Source: Balanoglossus misakiensis (lineage: Eukaryota; Animalia; Hemichordata). From it: a DNA stretch of 64,000 nucleotides. The stretch is taken from the NCBI GenBank assembly GCA_040954595.2, contig CM082580.2, positions 3,090,783 to 3,154,782 of the forward strand, given 5' to 3'. The translations under genes were made by a program, and so were the position numbers. The notes beneath the pieces were generated by a model that worked only from the letters and a program-made list of their open reading frames with translations, was not told where the DNA came from and did no database searches. Shown piece after piece: positions 39,050 through 52,290 of the stretch (positions are counted from its first letter, which is position 1; the number at the start of each line of letters is the position of its first letter).

Positions 39050-39480
39050 CTTGGCTCGATGCAGTCATCAATTCTGGGCATAGAGAAAGTGTCTGCCTTT
39101 GTAATCCCTCAAACCGAATGTGCTGCCGTATAGCTTTTCACAAATGATTTTTGTCAACTTTCTCAGAAAATCACTAATGATTACACAGTTGTTTTCTGTT
39201 TGAGCAAACTCAACATAAGTTTGATCTTTTCCTGCCTCACAATCTTGACATTTTTGGTGGTAAACTTCAACCAGTGGAGCAACTCCCATAGAAAACAGTA
39301 AGCATATTTGCTGCCCGGATGGGCCACTTATTCACTAAACAATCCCTTCACATTGGCCGATGTTTTATCAAAGAAATCCCACCTAAACCTGAGTAGATAA
39401 CATAGGAAATGTCCCAAAGCTTTGGAACAATCTTCTAGAACATGTTTTGCACAAGCCTTGCTGGTATGTTCTGGAACAGG
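39050..39480 (-). mobile_element. Decayed Gypsy-type LTR-retrotransposon gag (SCAN-like) fragment
   Basis: EVYHQKCQDCEAGKDQTYVEFAQT followed by a frameshifted SEKVDKNH..KL.RQHI resembles the recalled EAYRQKFR...QTYVEFAR...KLRQLIL gag motif. Multiple stops and frameshifts. Confidence 0.5.
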
Positions 39481-40084
39481 GATGAGCGATGAGGCCCTTG
39501 AACTGACATGATTTATTCCCACCCAAACAACGGATGAAATTGTCTATCTTTATCAAGCAAAATCTACTAGGGCCCATCAGCTACAGGATTGGGGCCCCAA
39601 TGAAGTTATGAATAGTGCGCTTAGGTATTTGGTAACGGATATAAGACCTCTCAAGTGAAAATTTGCATATTTGGGTGAAATAATCACCTCGCATCACTCC
39701 ATGATTATTTACTGCCAAATATGCTAATTTTCACCCGAGAGTTCTTATATCCACAATCAAGTACCCTCACTCGCTGCTTATAACCTCTAATTGTTGAACT
39801 TACCAGAAAAGGATAATCATTGATATTTTAAAGAAGATTGAAATTTTGGATTTCTAACAGGTGAGGAAATTTTGTCGATGACAATTGTAAGCTTGGGGAA
39901 GTGAGAACAATATTGTACATTTAGTGTCACATAAATGCAGTGAGATCCGGAGTGATGCAGAAAACATTATTAAAGTATTTTAATAATTATGCAAAATTGT
40001 AAAATACATGTCATTTCTTCATGTTTTTTTCTGGTCTCGATCCACTTTGCCAATTTATATCCTTATTAAAGATCAGTATTTCTG

Positions 40085-40520
40085 TCAGTCTTTGTTTTGC
40101 TCTTTTTTGGTTTGTTTTTTTCCTTTCTCCATCATCTGACTTCCTTTGTGTCCATGGCGATGTCCCCTTCCCCTACCTCCATGGTATCCCTTCCCACTGT
40201 TCTGTTTTGGTCTCATTGTTTGATGTTCTGTGCAGTCCTCCCTTTGCTCGCTCTCATCATCTCTCACACTGTTTCTAGTCGTTCCTACACTTTGTTTTCC
40301 ACCCTCTGCCCTCTCCGTTTGTTTTCTATTCCTGTTGTCATGACCGTCCTCCTTCATACCAGACTTGTTCTGCTTTTCGCTGCTTTTTTTCCTATCCTGA
40401 AGCTTTTGATGTTGTCCTGTACTTCTTTGACTGGACTGCTTTCTCTTTTTCCCGACAGGCTGCATTTTTGTTTGAGACGGTGCGGCCCAAAATCCATCGG
40501 TTGAATTAGGAGCTTGGTAT
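40085..40520 (-). CDS. Probable terminal coding exon of an unidentified gene; basic, low-complexity ~144 aa
   Basis: Clean acceptor (tgtgtatttcag) then an uninterrupted purine-rich frame YQAPNSTDGFWAAPSQTKMQPVGKKRKQ...KEQNKD*, in otherwise stop-rich DNA. Upstream exons were not found. Confidence 0.5.
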
Positions 40521-40569
40521 CTGAAATACACAAATTTTTAAAGTTTATTGAAAGTTACTGCGGCCTTAA

Positions 40570-40804
40570 AGGGAAGTGGTCGTCACGCCGCGTGGGTGTC
40601 CCCCTTGATGAGAATATGTCCTCCCACACCAGCACAAACCTCACTGCAGTCGCCACGATCTACTAAGATCTTCAGTTGCTGTCATGCTCAGTCTACGCTA
40701 TGGTTGGCTGCTTTGTTCATTCTAAGAATGATCTAATTTCAGGGATTTGTAAATTAATTGTAATGTTCATAAATAAACAAATGCGGCGCGACGACCCCTT
40801 CACT
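40570..40804. mobile_element. Second TTAA-flanked Kolobok-like MITE
   Basis: TTAA|AGGGAAGTGGTCGTCACGCCGC...GCGGCGCGACGACCCCTTCACT|TTAA. Confidence 0.6.
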
Positions 40805-41338
40805 TTAAAACATGCGATATTTTATTTGAAAATATAAAATAAAACATTTCACCGATAATACACTGCAATGCTGAGTTTTAAGATCTCAAATCCTGTTCTT
40901 ACAAAGTTTCAAGCTTTGACTCCCCAAGCCAGCTCTGCTGTGTACATGTAACAAGTTTTTATATACAGCTCAGTGAATTCATTATGACAAGATCATAAAT
41001 CCAAGTACTACTATGCTGACCGCAAAGTAGAAAAGAAAGCCCTGAACCGACTATTAATCATGTCAGCATTGACATGTATTAAAACAATGACTGGGGATCA
41101 TGTGATTACTAGTCTCACAGGTCAAGAGAGTTCTTTCAACTTTTTCCCCCAGCTGATGATTGTATGTTAAACAAGCTCTGGAAATGAATGGAATTTGCTG
41201 AGTCATCGTCTTGTGACCAACACACCATATAGAGTCAAGACAATTAAAGTCCACGTGTTTGCAACAAACTTAGAAACAGTTCTCATATTTCATTGATGCA
41301 TTCATCATCATCATCCGGCTGAGGAAACTAAATATATA

Positions 41339-41546
41339 CTGTAAAACACTCTATTTTCGCGAGTTGAAATTTTTGTGATATCGAGAGAGGCCACTGTCTT
41401 GCAAGTATTAATTTTCGCGTTCTCTTATTTCATTCACTGTATCGTTATCTTAAAAAAAATTTATGCGACTTTTTATTTTCACGCTATTTTGGCTCTGGCG
41501 CATTTCGTGAAAATTTATTGCTAGCGAAAAATAAAGTGTTTTACAG
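41339..41546. mobile_element. MITE family B copy
   Basis: Full TIRs and TA flanks. Confidence 0.85.
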
Positions 41547-43471
41547 TATTGTTTCAGTTGATTTGGGTTAATGAGCCACCAACCAGACAGCTGACTCAAT
41601 ACAACCAATGAAAGGCACCACATCTTCTGTTACAATGCAAATGGGTAAAGATGTCTTACATATTATCATGGAAAAGTCGTAGAGGAGAATTTTTAAAATC
41701 ACTTTATTAGAAAAGCCTATAGGCAAGCAAGATCTGGTTTTATTTCAATCAATTATGCTTTGATTATCACAAAGACTTGTCAGGGTAACTTTTTACAAAA
41801 ATGAAGTGAAGCTGGGGAATTTCTTTGCCTTTTTAAGTTTTTTTTTTGAATGTGCCTGGAATTACTTTGAAGTGCAGGTTACTCACTTACTGGTATAATT
41901 TATTTTCACTATGCTTACGGTAGTATTATATCAACATTACAGTTCACGCAGTAGCCCACCATTAAACACAAGTGAAAACCTAGACATGTAGCACTGACAA
42001 TGTAATGGATGCTAGTTAGTTGAATGATAGGAATTTTGAAAAATTTTCTGGACATTAGTGTTAAAGGCATTTAATTTTGAAGTTGCACACCCTTGACAAT
42101 AGGGTGTGGTATGGGTGTGTGGTTTAATTGCCACTAGTAGTACATACCACAGACATCATTTTCATCCCAAGCATGCCCGATGTAACCATGTACGATCAAC
42201 ATTTATGGCTCAAACGCTCAACAATGTAGAATCTGTGTTATTGCACAGTTAAATCAGTATCACATCGGAAGATTGGATCACAAATTTCTGGTTGACAAAG
42301 TTGACCCTGAGCCTGACAAACTGGGGTGATATACATGTACTGCAGTATATGCCTTTTGTCACACATGGTCACTGACCACAGTACAAGCAAGGTCGCATAT
42401 GTGGCTGCCTATAAAGAAGACTGAATTCACACAATTGGCGTGTCACCCATGAACTTGAGTGCTGGTGATGTGAGGGCTACAAATTAACCTCAGGGTAACA
42501 TATGACAATTTTGATCTTCTTTGACTGTGAAGGTCACAAAATGCAGCATAAAAGAAAATTTGGATGCAGATTAAACGGAAAACTGAAATTGCGATCCTTG
42601 GCTTGTTGATCATAGCCCCAACTTCCGCATGTACCCTGTGACTGCTTGACTGTGAAAGACTGAAATCCACATTAATGCCCAGTGTAATGAAAGTAAAGTT
42701 TTAGAATTTTCCGATTATTTAGAACAAAAATAAGTGTAAAAACATTTTTTTTTCAATCTGGCATTTTTGAGATATTGTTAATAAATGTTTGCATATCGGA
42801 CTGATACTCCATTAGCTAATCCCTTGGGATTAATTGACACATTTGTTTACTTTGCCAGAGAGCCATTATTATATTATAGCTGGTCGTTTTTTTCATAATC
42901 TACAGTTTGGTATTTCATAATGAGGACAGGCCCCTAGGACCCTGCAAACCAAATTTCAAACCAAATTCTGACAAGTGGATTCTGAAAATTATTTTTGGGG
43001 GACCAAAAATGAATAAAATATCTCTTAAAATACAACATTGCTAAATGGCCTGAATTAAACAAATCTGAAAGAGACCATGCCAGAATACCCTCACACTAAT
43101 TCAGGCATTGTAATATTATGGTGCGATTGCAGTAGCCTAAAACAGGCAAGGTGTTTGGTTGACTTAATTACTCTTGAGAGATAGCCATATTGAAAAATTC
43201 ACTACCTGTAGTAAATATGCAAATGAGTCAGTAATTTGCATACCATGACCATCAACTACTCAGCATTTAAATTTTAATAGCATCGCATTACTACAGTTTC
43301 TGTAGAAATGCATCAAATTTGTTTGCTGATGAGTACCCATGGCTTTATGTAAATCAGGCAGTAATTAACATTTTTTTACCATGCTCATCAAACTCTAAGC
43401 ATATGATCAAATTAGTAATACTTGCAAGATAGAGGCATCTAATCAGATGTAGATCTTTTCATGGCAATATT

Positions 43472-43675
43472 ACTTTATTTTCGCGAGGCTGGAGCAATAA
43501 ATTTTCGCGAAATACGCAAGAGCCAAAATAGCGTGAAATAAAAAGTCGCGTAAATTTAAAAAAAAATAAGGATGCAGTAAATGAAATAAGAGAATGCGAA
43601 AATTAATACTCGCGAAACAGTGGCCTCTCTCGATATCAAGAAAATTTCAACTCGCGAAAATAAAGTGTTTTACAG
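43472..43675. mobile_element. MITE family B copy (left TIR truncated)
   Basis: Same internal sequence as 9415-9622. Confidence 0.82.
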
Positions 43676-45072
43676 TATGAACCCTGTTGTATGACATTTG
43701 GACCAGTGGTTTTCGAAAGGGGTACAAATTCTGTCCACAGACAACAGACACTGACAATATGACACATGGCCAAAGCGTTGACATAAGATACATTTGTGTC
43801 TGTGGCACACACTATCCAAGACATGAAATAGAACAGAGAGACCTGTATAACAAGCATTCAGTCGCAGGGCATTGTACTGTATCTAATTGATATGCTAATC
43901 AAGACATTTAATAGTCACAGTCGATGGATTTGCTGACATGTCTATCACATTTCCTCTCTGTGCATCAAGGCCATATATCCTTATTTCTCTATCTACAGGT
44001 GTTTTTGTCTGTTATTTCCCCAAATGACCTAATCATTCTTTATTCATTAATACATTTTTATTTAATATCAATATGTAATCATAGATGATTCAGTTCACTG
44101 TATCTATTATGCAATGTTTCTTTCAGATTATGGTATGGTAGTTAGGTGGCAAATGTCTCATCACTTTCCTCATAGGTGTTTATTGGCCTTTTAATAGTAG
44201 CTTGTGAGGTTCACATGGGTATTTCATTCAAAATTCTGAACAGTATAGCAATTTCCTGTCTTTAATTATAATTATCATTTTTTCAGGTTGATGTTTGACA
44301 CATTCTGAATAGTGAGTGTAACACAAAAATGAATGCTCAGAAGTCACTAAATTGTCAGGCAGTTATACTGAACATGTATACTCAAAGCTGTCTCTCAGAT
44401 TTTTTGAAGGTTTCTTAGAATTATTATTTTAATTACCAGGAATGGCAAGTTAAGCAAACAATCTGCAATTGTGAAAAAACTTGTCCGTATTTTCGAAACC
44501 AGAGACACAGTTTTACTAACAGCTAAACATAAGCTTCACACTGTATTGTTAAAAATGAGCATCTTTTATTGCAGGCTTAAAGTTATACTTTTTCAAGTTG
44601 GTCAACTTTCCTTTATCCACCCCTTTTGGTGTAAAAAGTGTATTTTGCGATTTTAAATATTTGTTGTCATGAACCTGACATTCATGGACAAGTCAAAATA
44701 GTCTGTGTTAGGGAGTAGTGGTGAGTTAATATTTTAGGACAATTTTTCACCATTAGAAAAGTAATAAATTGTATTTCCAGTCGATCAATGTTTCTGCAGG
44801 CCTGCTTAACCTAAACCACTTTTAGTCATCGATATGTTCAGATTTCATGAATTTCCCCCATTTTAAGTCCAGACCTTCCTTAATAATAGGATAAACACCA
44901 AAACATTTCCAACTCAACAATGGATGTGTACCCCACCCCTCCACTTCACTGATTGTGAACGGTATATGATGTTGATGATGGCTGCATGTAGACACTGCTA
45001 TAACACAATAATGTCTCTTCTAATATGATACTAGCCGCTAACCAAAGTATAGGACTCTTATAGAGGTATATA

Positions 45073-45280
45073 CTGTAAAACACTTTATTTTCGCGAGTTG
45101 AAATTTTCGCGATATCAAGAGAGGCCACTATTTCGCGAGTATTAATAGTCGCGTTCTCTTATTTCATTCACTGCATCGTTATCGTCAAAAAAAATTTATG
45201 CGACTTTTTATTTTCACGCTATTTTGGCTCTCGCGTATTTCGCGAAAATGTATTGCTCGCAAAAATAAAGTATTTTACAG
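45073..45280. mobile_element. MITE family B copy
   Basis: Full TIRs and TA flanks. Confidence 0.85.
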
Positions 45281-48200
45281 TAGTTTAAAATTTTCAGATT
45301 TTTTAAAAGTTTTGCTCAGCTTACCCTGGCACCTGTTGGTCCAACACATCTTTTGAAAGTGTTATACTAATGGCTGGTATGTCTCTGCTCACTTTCAACC
45401 TGGTGTAAAAATAACAGGGAAAAAAGCATAATTAATATTAATTTGTCACGTTTTAAAAAAAATTGGTTATGCATATTTTGTTGGGCACTTGATCTATTTG
45501 TTATAATCACCATAACACCCCATGGTGATAATTAAGTGAAAAGATAAAATATGACATCGTAAATCAGAGGAATATATGAGGCTGTGGGGAACATTTTAAA
45601 AGAAGTGAAATTCAACATGAAATCTAACCAGCATATGACAAACTCAATATTGGTTTATAACAGGGTTATATGTTGAAAAGTCTACTTTTGCTGAAATACT
45701 GAAAAGCCTAATTAAATCTTTGCATCTGTATCTATTAGTGTTATGCACTTGTATCATAATATAAATTGTATATACTCAAAATCTGTTATTTAGATGGTGT
45801 AAATTTAAAGTATCCATATTTTATAGTGGCCAATAAGAATTTCTGACAAATATGAAGTGAATGTGATCTTTGTAAAAAGTAACAAGCTGTGATCATTATT
45901 CACTGATCTTTTTGTTTTACTTCAATTTATGACATTTACTGAAAGATGAGCAGATACCTGATGACAAGTTTTTTGTGACAATTTATACCCAGAATTTTTA
46001 TACTACGCATTTGAGGGTTTGTGACACAGCTGAAATTAATTGCTGGCCCCATTTAACCATGCCCCCATCATTTTGTAAATTATATTTAGATTATGATGAA
46101 ACAAGGGTGGCTATACATGAATTTACTGATGTTTATAAATTTAATATGCATCTATGTCATGGACAAGCATACATTTGTTTCGTGTCTGTCATAGAAATGA
46201 TAGGGTGGATCATATCCCCTCTCATTAACAATATGCAAATTCAGTCATGGGAAGAAGAACAACAATCACAGTAAAAGTACAAGTGAACCTGTCAGCCTAG
46301 AGTAAAAATAGTCACTTCTTTGTTCCTTTAGTAAATTAACCTTGACACTTCCAAATCCACTTTGGCATCATATGTGATCATGGTAACAACCAATAAATGA
46401 ATGGATGCAACACTTAATATGATGAGAATTGATTGGCAGTTGGTAATAAACTCAGTTTATACCTTTTTCAATACTGTACACCAAACTTGGCAAATGATGT
46501 CTTAATTAGTAAGAATATTATGATTAACACTGCTTTTAGAGAAAAATATTGGAAGGGAACAGCAATGAAAAGTGGACAGATTGTAGTGGATTTCTACAAT
46601 GTAAACACATAGACTGATAGCATTTTCAAACACTCGTAATAATATTGGAAACATGTTAAATTTGGAGAAAATGTTGTTTCAATTTCAGAAAACTTAATAG
46701 TTTTTGTGAGTATTGATGGGACAATTAGAGAAACTGTCCACTACTAGTATTTAATCATCGCACCCATCGCACCAAGACAAAGCTTCCAATTCTACTCTCC
46801 AGTTCAATGGCAACTCATTCAAGATGTTGCAAAAGTACAGTGTTCTTTCCAATTTCAGAACTATAACAAATAACTTTCCAACTCTCTTCCAGTTCTGTCA
46901 TAACACTCTACAACTTCTGTATTCATTAAATTTGTGGATTTCTGCTGAGTATTGCTTGCCAGAACTTCACACTTTAGTCCATTTATCAATTGCATATTAA
47001 AAATGGCTTTCAATAGGCTGATATCTTTGATATGTGTTTTTCTTGCATTTTACCATGACAACCTCATTGCTTCAATGCATGATTCAAGTATTAAACATGT
47101 CATTCATATTCATGTGCATATTACAAAACATTGACACCTGTCCGTAAAAACATCTTTTTGTCTGATCACCACAGCCATTTCACTCATCAATATCATAGAA
47201 TAGTCCATTACTAGATATAGTAAGTTATACAATATCACAAGACTTTTCACCACAGGATTACTTTGAAGATGATTTCAAGTTTCTTTTTAGATATTAAAAA
47301 TTGATCCATATTTAACAGAGCAGTCCTTTTTTCAAATGGTAATGTTCTGGAAAGCAGATATTCTTTCACCAACAGACATACCAAATTAGAATTGCTCCTG
47401 CATTTGTGATTCGGTGGACTGGAAAGCTTGTTATCAACCTCTCTACAGGGTAGGAGATTTGAGAACAGAACAGCAAAGAACCAGCAAATGTAAAGACTAA
47501 AGCCAACTCTACCAGTACATCTGATTTTTATCAGATTGGCTTGTCATAACACTCTGTGTGACACACACCTCGCTTTTGACTGGGTGTTATTCAATTGTTG
47601 ATTTCCCCAAATTACCACATCATTAAGAGCATATTTGACCAAATTGGCAAATTAGACGCAGCTGGGCAGGGTATTACTGTGACCACTGTACTGGTACAGT
47701 TGATCATGTACACTGGCTGTCTAATATTGAAATGTACAATAAAAACTGTCAATTCATGGATGAAAATACAATATTGCATTTGGTAATTGTCATGGAATTT
47801 TATGTTTGTCTGCTGCCAGATTGGCAGATACACATTGTTATCAGAATCTTTTTGTGACTTTACCGGTCAGTCTGCTGGACAAAGTTAATCAGAAATGATT
47901 GCTGTTTGTTTTTGCAAGGGTTTGCAATTATGAGACAGCTAAAATGGCTCTGCAACTGTGTCACGGCCAAAGTGTCAGCACAGAAGTGATGAATCATTTT
48001 TGTTGTATATAAAAGTGCCAATCTTCTTCAGCCCTTCATTTCACATTACCTACTGGTATATCATATCTGCAATCAAAATGTTTGATGGCTAAATATGTCC
48101 GAGTTCACAAAGTCAACACCCTGAAGTCGTCATGTCACTTGTAAATAACTAAAGACTTGACTTCAACTTCACACCATCAAACTTTTACCAATCAATCTGC

Positions 48201-48390
48201 TGATAAAATGATAAACTGTCAGGGCATCTCCACAACTTGGCACGGGCAGTTTATGAAAGTTACATCAGCTTCTAAAATAGTACAACTCATTTTCTGTGTT
48301 GGTCACACCGCAATATCAGGGGTTGCCTCAAATTTCATCTGCAGAATGATCCAGGAAGTTAGTATCATGTACATGTATTCCTTCAATTAA

Positions 48391-48654
48391 AGGGACAAAG
48401 TCTCTCTCGCTGCCTTTATTCCATTAATCCTGTTTGATACAAGACACTGTTTATGTTAATGTACATGTGTTATGCAACACACAACTTCCATCCTGCTTGT
48501 ATTATATGAGAGTAAAAACTCGCCCAAAATGAATAAATGGTAGAGACCGATTATTCACTTTGGCAAGTTTATATCCACTCGTACATTGACATAAACGGTG
48601 TCTTGTATCAAACATAATTAATGGAAAAAGGGCAGCGAGAAAGACTTTGTCCCT
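48391..48654. mobile_element. Kolobok-like MITE family C (TTAA|AGGGACAAAG...CTTTGTCCCT|TTAA)
   Basis: Long imperfect TIRs, TTAA TSD, purine-purine 5' end; copies at 54902 and 60560. Confidence 0.75.
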
Positions 48655-51600
48655 TTAACACTTTTGCATTTTGGTGGCTCCTAAAATTGCGTTATTTGTT
48701 TCCTAATCTGTCACTGGTGGTGCAATAATCATGTGACATATCATGTGTTTACTTTCAGTTTCAGTTTTGATGAGTAATCATCTTGGCATAAATTTGAATG
48801 GCAGTGCACATCCCACTGTGAAGATGAGGTTTTTTATGATTTTAAGTGAAACTCTGAAACTGAATCCCTGAAGATAAATTACACTAGAAACAGTCCTGGC
48901 TAATAGTCATATGTCATATCCTTGAAGCTATAGTTGAACAACAACAGCTCACCATCACAGAATTTGCATTTTTAGGGTGTTTTTTTTCAATATTTTGATT
49001 AAATAAAATCAACCACAATATGAGGTATTTTACAACATGTATCTTGAACATAAACCTATTATAAGAATTCCTGCTACTGCCATAGGGTGTCCCAGATATG
49101 TTGTGATTTTAATTTGAAATTGTGATATTCAAAAGATACTGTACTATCTTGAATTATTTTGTCATGAGATGTACTGACCTGTCCATAAACATCAGTTGGT
49201 TGTCTCTTGAAAATTGAAATTAACTATGAACAATGCAATTTCAGATCATACCGGTTTAAATTGCTTCAAGAAAAAAGTGACACCTGTTGCCAGCATTTCC
49301 AAGAACATCCCCTACGACGTTTCCACTGAATTTTTAGTCACTGGTAATTAATTCAGCACAACATCATGAAATCTTTGTTGGAGGAATTACAAAATGCTGC
49401 AGGGCCTGGTCCCCCCATACACGTACATTATGCACCCTGAGTGTGAAATGTTCCGTAAATTAATTTCTAAAATTCTTTACACATGCAGCCCAAGTGCTTT
49501 GATACTGTTCTACATGGTCTAAATGATAACCTATGCGAAAACAGCGACTTTGAACTTTCCAATAATATTCACATTTTATATTTGTATATCGGAACTGGAC
49601 AGCGAGAAGAGTTCATAAAAACTCAAGGAAATAAAACAAAATTATTATCACAACTCATTATCCTCATTTATATGGTATTTTTTATGAGTGATTGTAATTA
49701 TTTTGTTTTGTAGTCATGTAAAATGAGGTAAATGAATCCGGCTCAGTAAATGGTAGCCCTTTGAATCCTTCCATACCAGTTAGGCTTTCCAAATAATCCG
49801 AATGATCACTTCTGGTAACCATGACAGGCTAACCACACCCTCCTCCAAATCATCGATACCCCCAATATAATATTTACTAAAGTATAATTTGACTCCACCC
49901 AATAAACAGACTGACTCCTCATCATACACGAGCTAACCCTCCTAGCAACTAGAAAGCCTTTTTAAAAAACAAAATCTGAATCATCACAATTAGTACTGGT
50001 TGGCTTTAGAAAATAATTATGATTCATCAAGACGTTTGGCATGGATTCCACCATGTGATTTTTGAATGTTACTGTGACCCAAATTCTTCTGACTTTACAT
50101 CCAGGTCTGATGAATTTTCTAAGAACCTAAGCATGAGTGACAGGTTGTATGGGTGGGGACAAAACATGTGGGTTTGCCTTTAATCAAACCTGTCTGTAAT
50201 CCTCACATGTTGCAATGCGTGTAGATGGAGGCTTAGTTTGGTTATCCAGTACGTATGTTAACAAATAGCAGTGTAGCCGTGATGATCTTCAATGCAATAT
50301 AAAAGGTTTGATAGCACTCTGAGATCAACTGATTTCTGCTGGAGCAGAGGAATAAAGTCTCCTTCGTCAGATGCAAAAATGGAATGGACAGAGAGAGACA
50401 GGGAATCATGGGTATTCAAAGGGAATAAAATATGTGTCCAGCCAGCAGGTGTGTCAGAGAACAAAAGACCTTGAATAGTTTAACAAGTACTAATGATTAG
50501 AATCAACAAATAAAAAATTAAGAGAATGTTCTCTTACATTTGTGTCTCCTGTCTGTGTGCTTACTTCCTTACTGGGTGAATTGGTGGTATATGGCATGTT
50601 TGAATCTGGTACAATAGGAATTTATTGAATTCACACTGATTCGTCTAAGGATCATGTTCCCCAGATAAGGACAAACATACCACAGTCATATGATTGCCTT
50701 GGATTGAAATACATGTAGGTGTATCAATTCTGACAGTTGAAGATGTGTGACAGGGGCACTAACCTGTTCATGTATTGCATGGATTGATGCAGCACTCTTT
50801 TTCTATACCATAAAATTTGTCATGAAATTATAGATTAAGAAATGTTTACCAATTTTCTTGAAAACGCAAGAAATCAAATCGTTGGGTATTAACAGTTTAT
50901 AATTTACAGATCAATACTAATTACGAGATTTGTCTGACAATTAGTTGATTTTAATTTGTAAATACTTAAGGTTGTGTTAATATATAAAATTTGAACAGTA
51001 AATTGCCATATATAGATAAAACAAAAATAATTGAAAACATCTTAAAAAGTAACAGCCAATGGAGCTTTAATAAGGTAAACAGGACGTCTTGTCATGTGAC
51101 TTCGACTGGCCAACTGGAAAGACCCCTGCAGCTCCTATCAAGTCAATTTGTAGATAGAGATCACCTCTTGATGAGGTTGGCGATGAGATTGATCTGAAAA
51201 AGTTCCCCCCAAGGGATGCAGTTCATGTGATACTTGGAAATGGATCCGTTTGCAGAGATTGCAGACAGACAAAATTACTGTGAAATAGATCACAAAATAT
51301 CTGAGGAATCGACGCTGTCTGGATCAACATTCAAGACAATTCATCATCATCATCATGTCCATGTCATCTCTCCTTGCATGTAAAACTAGCAAAACAGCTC
51401 ACTATCTTTGTCTCTGGTATTTTATGGTACCTGGTAGAGAGCGAGACATACATGTATACTGTAACCACCCTTTTGTTTACATATTATACAAGGACAAAGT
51501 TTTCATATTTCATTTTAGATTTGAACAGTCAAATGTTAGATGTGAGAATGAGACGGAGTATAAGTATTGTTTGCATAGTCTGAGATGAGCTGGAGAACAC

Positions 51601-51938
51601 ACACTCCAATAAACAGATGGAACCACGGAAATACATAATTTTAGCATTTCCAGCCAATCAAGGTCAGGCTAATGTACTGAAAGGCCTGGAACATGACATG
51701 AATACCGCTATGAAAGCCAACAGCCAGACTTAATACACAGGTAGAATATTATCAACTATTTGAATGAGAATATTTGGCAGGTGTCCAACAGATGGAAACG
51801 TCTACCATGATAACAGTCACAGAACTACTAGCAGTTGATCACATGATGAAACTAAGATGTATCCATTTGCACATATTAAATAAATAAATAAATAAATAAT
51901 AGACAACTGTCTGAAGACTGACGTTGCAGCAGGAAATA

Positions 51939-52145
51939 CTGTAAAATGGGAAATTTTCACGAACGATAAAATTTTGTGAACTTTACAAGAGCCCAAAAAT
52001 GCGATAATACATAGTCGCGAAAGAACAATGTGTATAATAGAATGTTATTCAGAGAAAAAGAGAATGCAAAAATTAAACATGCAGAATAGTCGCCTCTGTT
52101 GATATCGCGAAAAATTTCCTGTTGTGAAAATTTCCTGTTTTACAG
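51939..52145. mobile_element. MITE family B-related subfamily copy
   Basis: CTGTAAAATGGGAAATTTTCAC...GAAAATTTCCTGTTTTACAG with TA flanks. Confidence 0.75.
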
Positions 52146-52228
52146 TACATGTATAATAATTGCATGGAACTGCAATTATTTCATTGTGCCTGGCTAGGTC
52201 TAAATAATACCACGGTATAGGTGATCTA

Positions 52229-52290
52229 CTGTAAAACACTTTATTTTCGCGAGTTGAAATTTTCGCGTTCTCTTATTTCATTCACTGCAT
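52229..52290. mobile_element. MITE family B fragment
   Basis: One TIR plus an internally deleted remnant. Confidence 0.7.

Noticed and set aside
50563-50603. Possible minus-strand micro-exon (accag|...|gtaagc) for the orphan gene
   Set aside because: Splice-like motifs of this quality occur by chance, and I could not establish phase or protein support.
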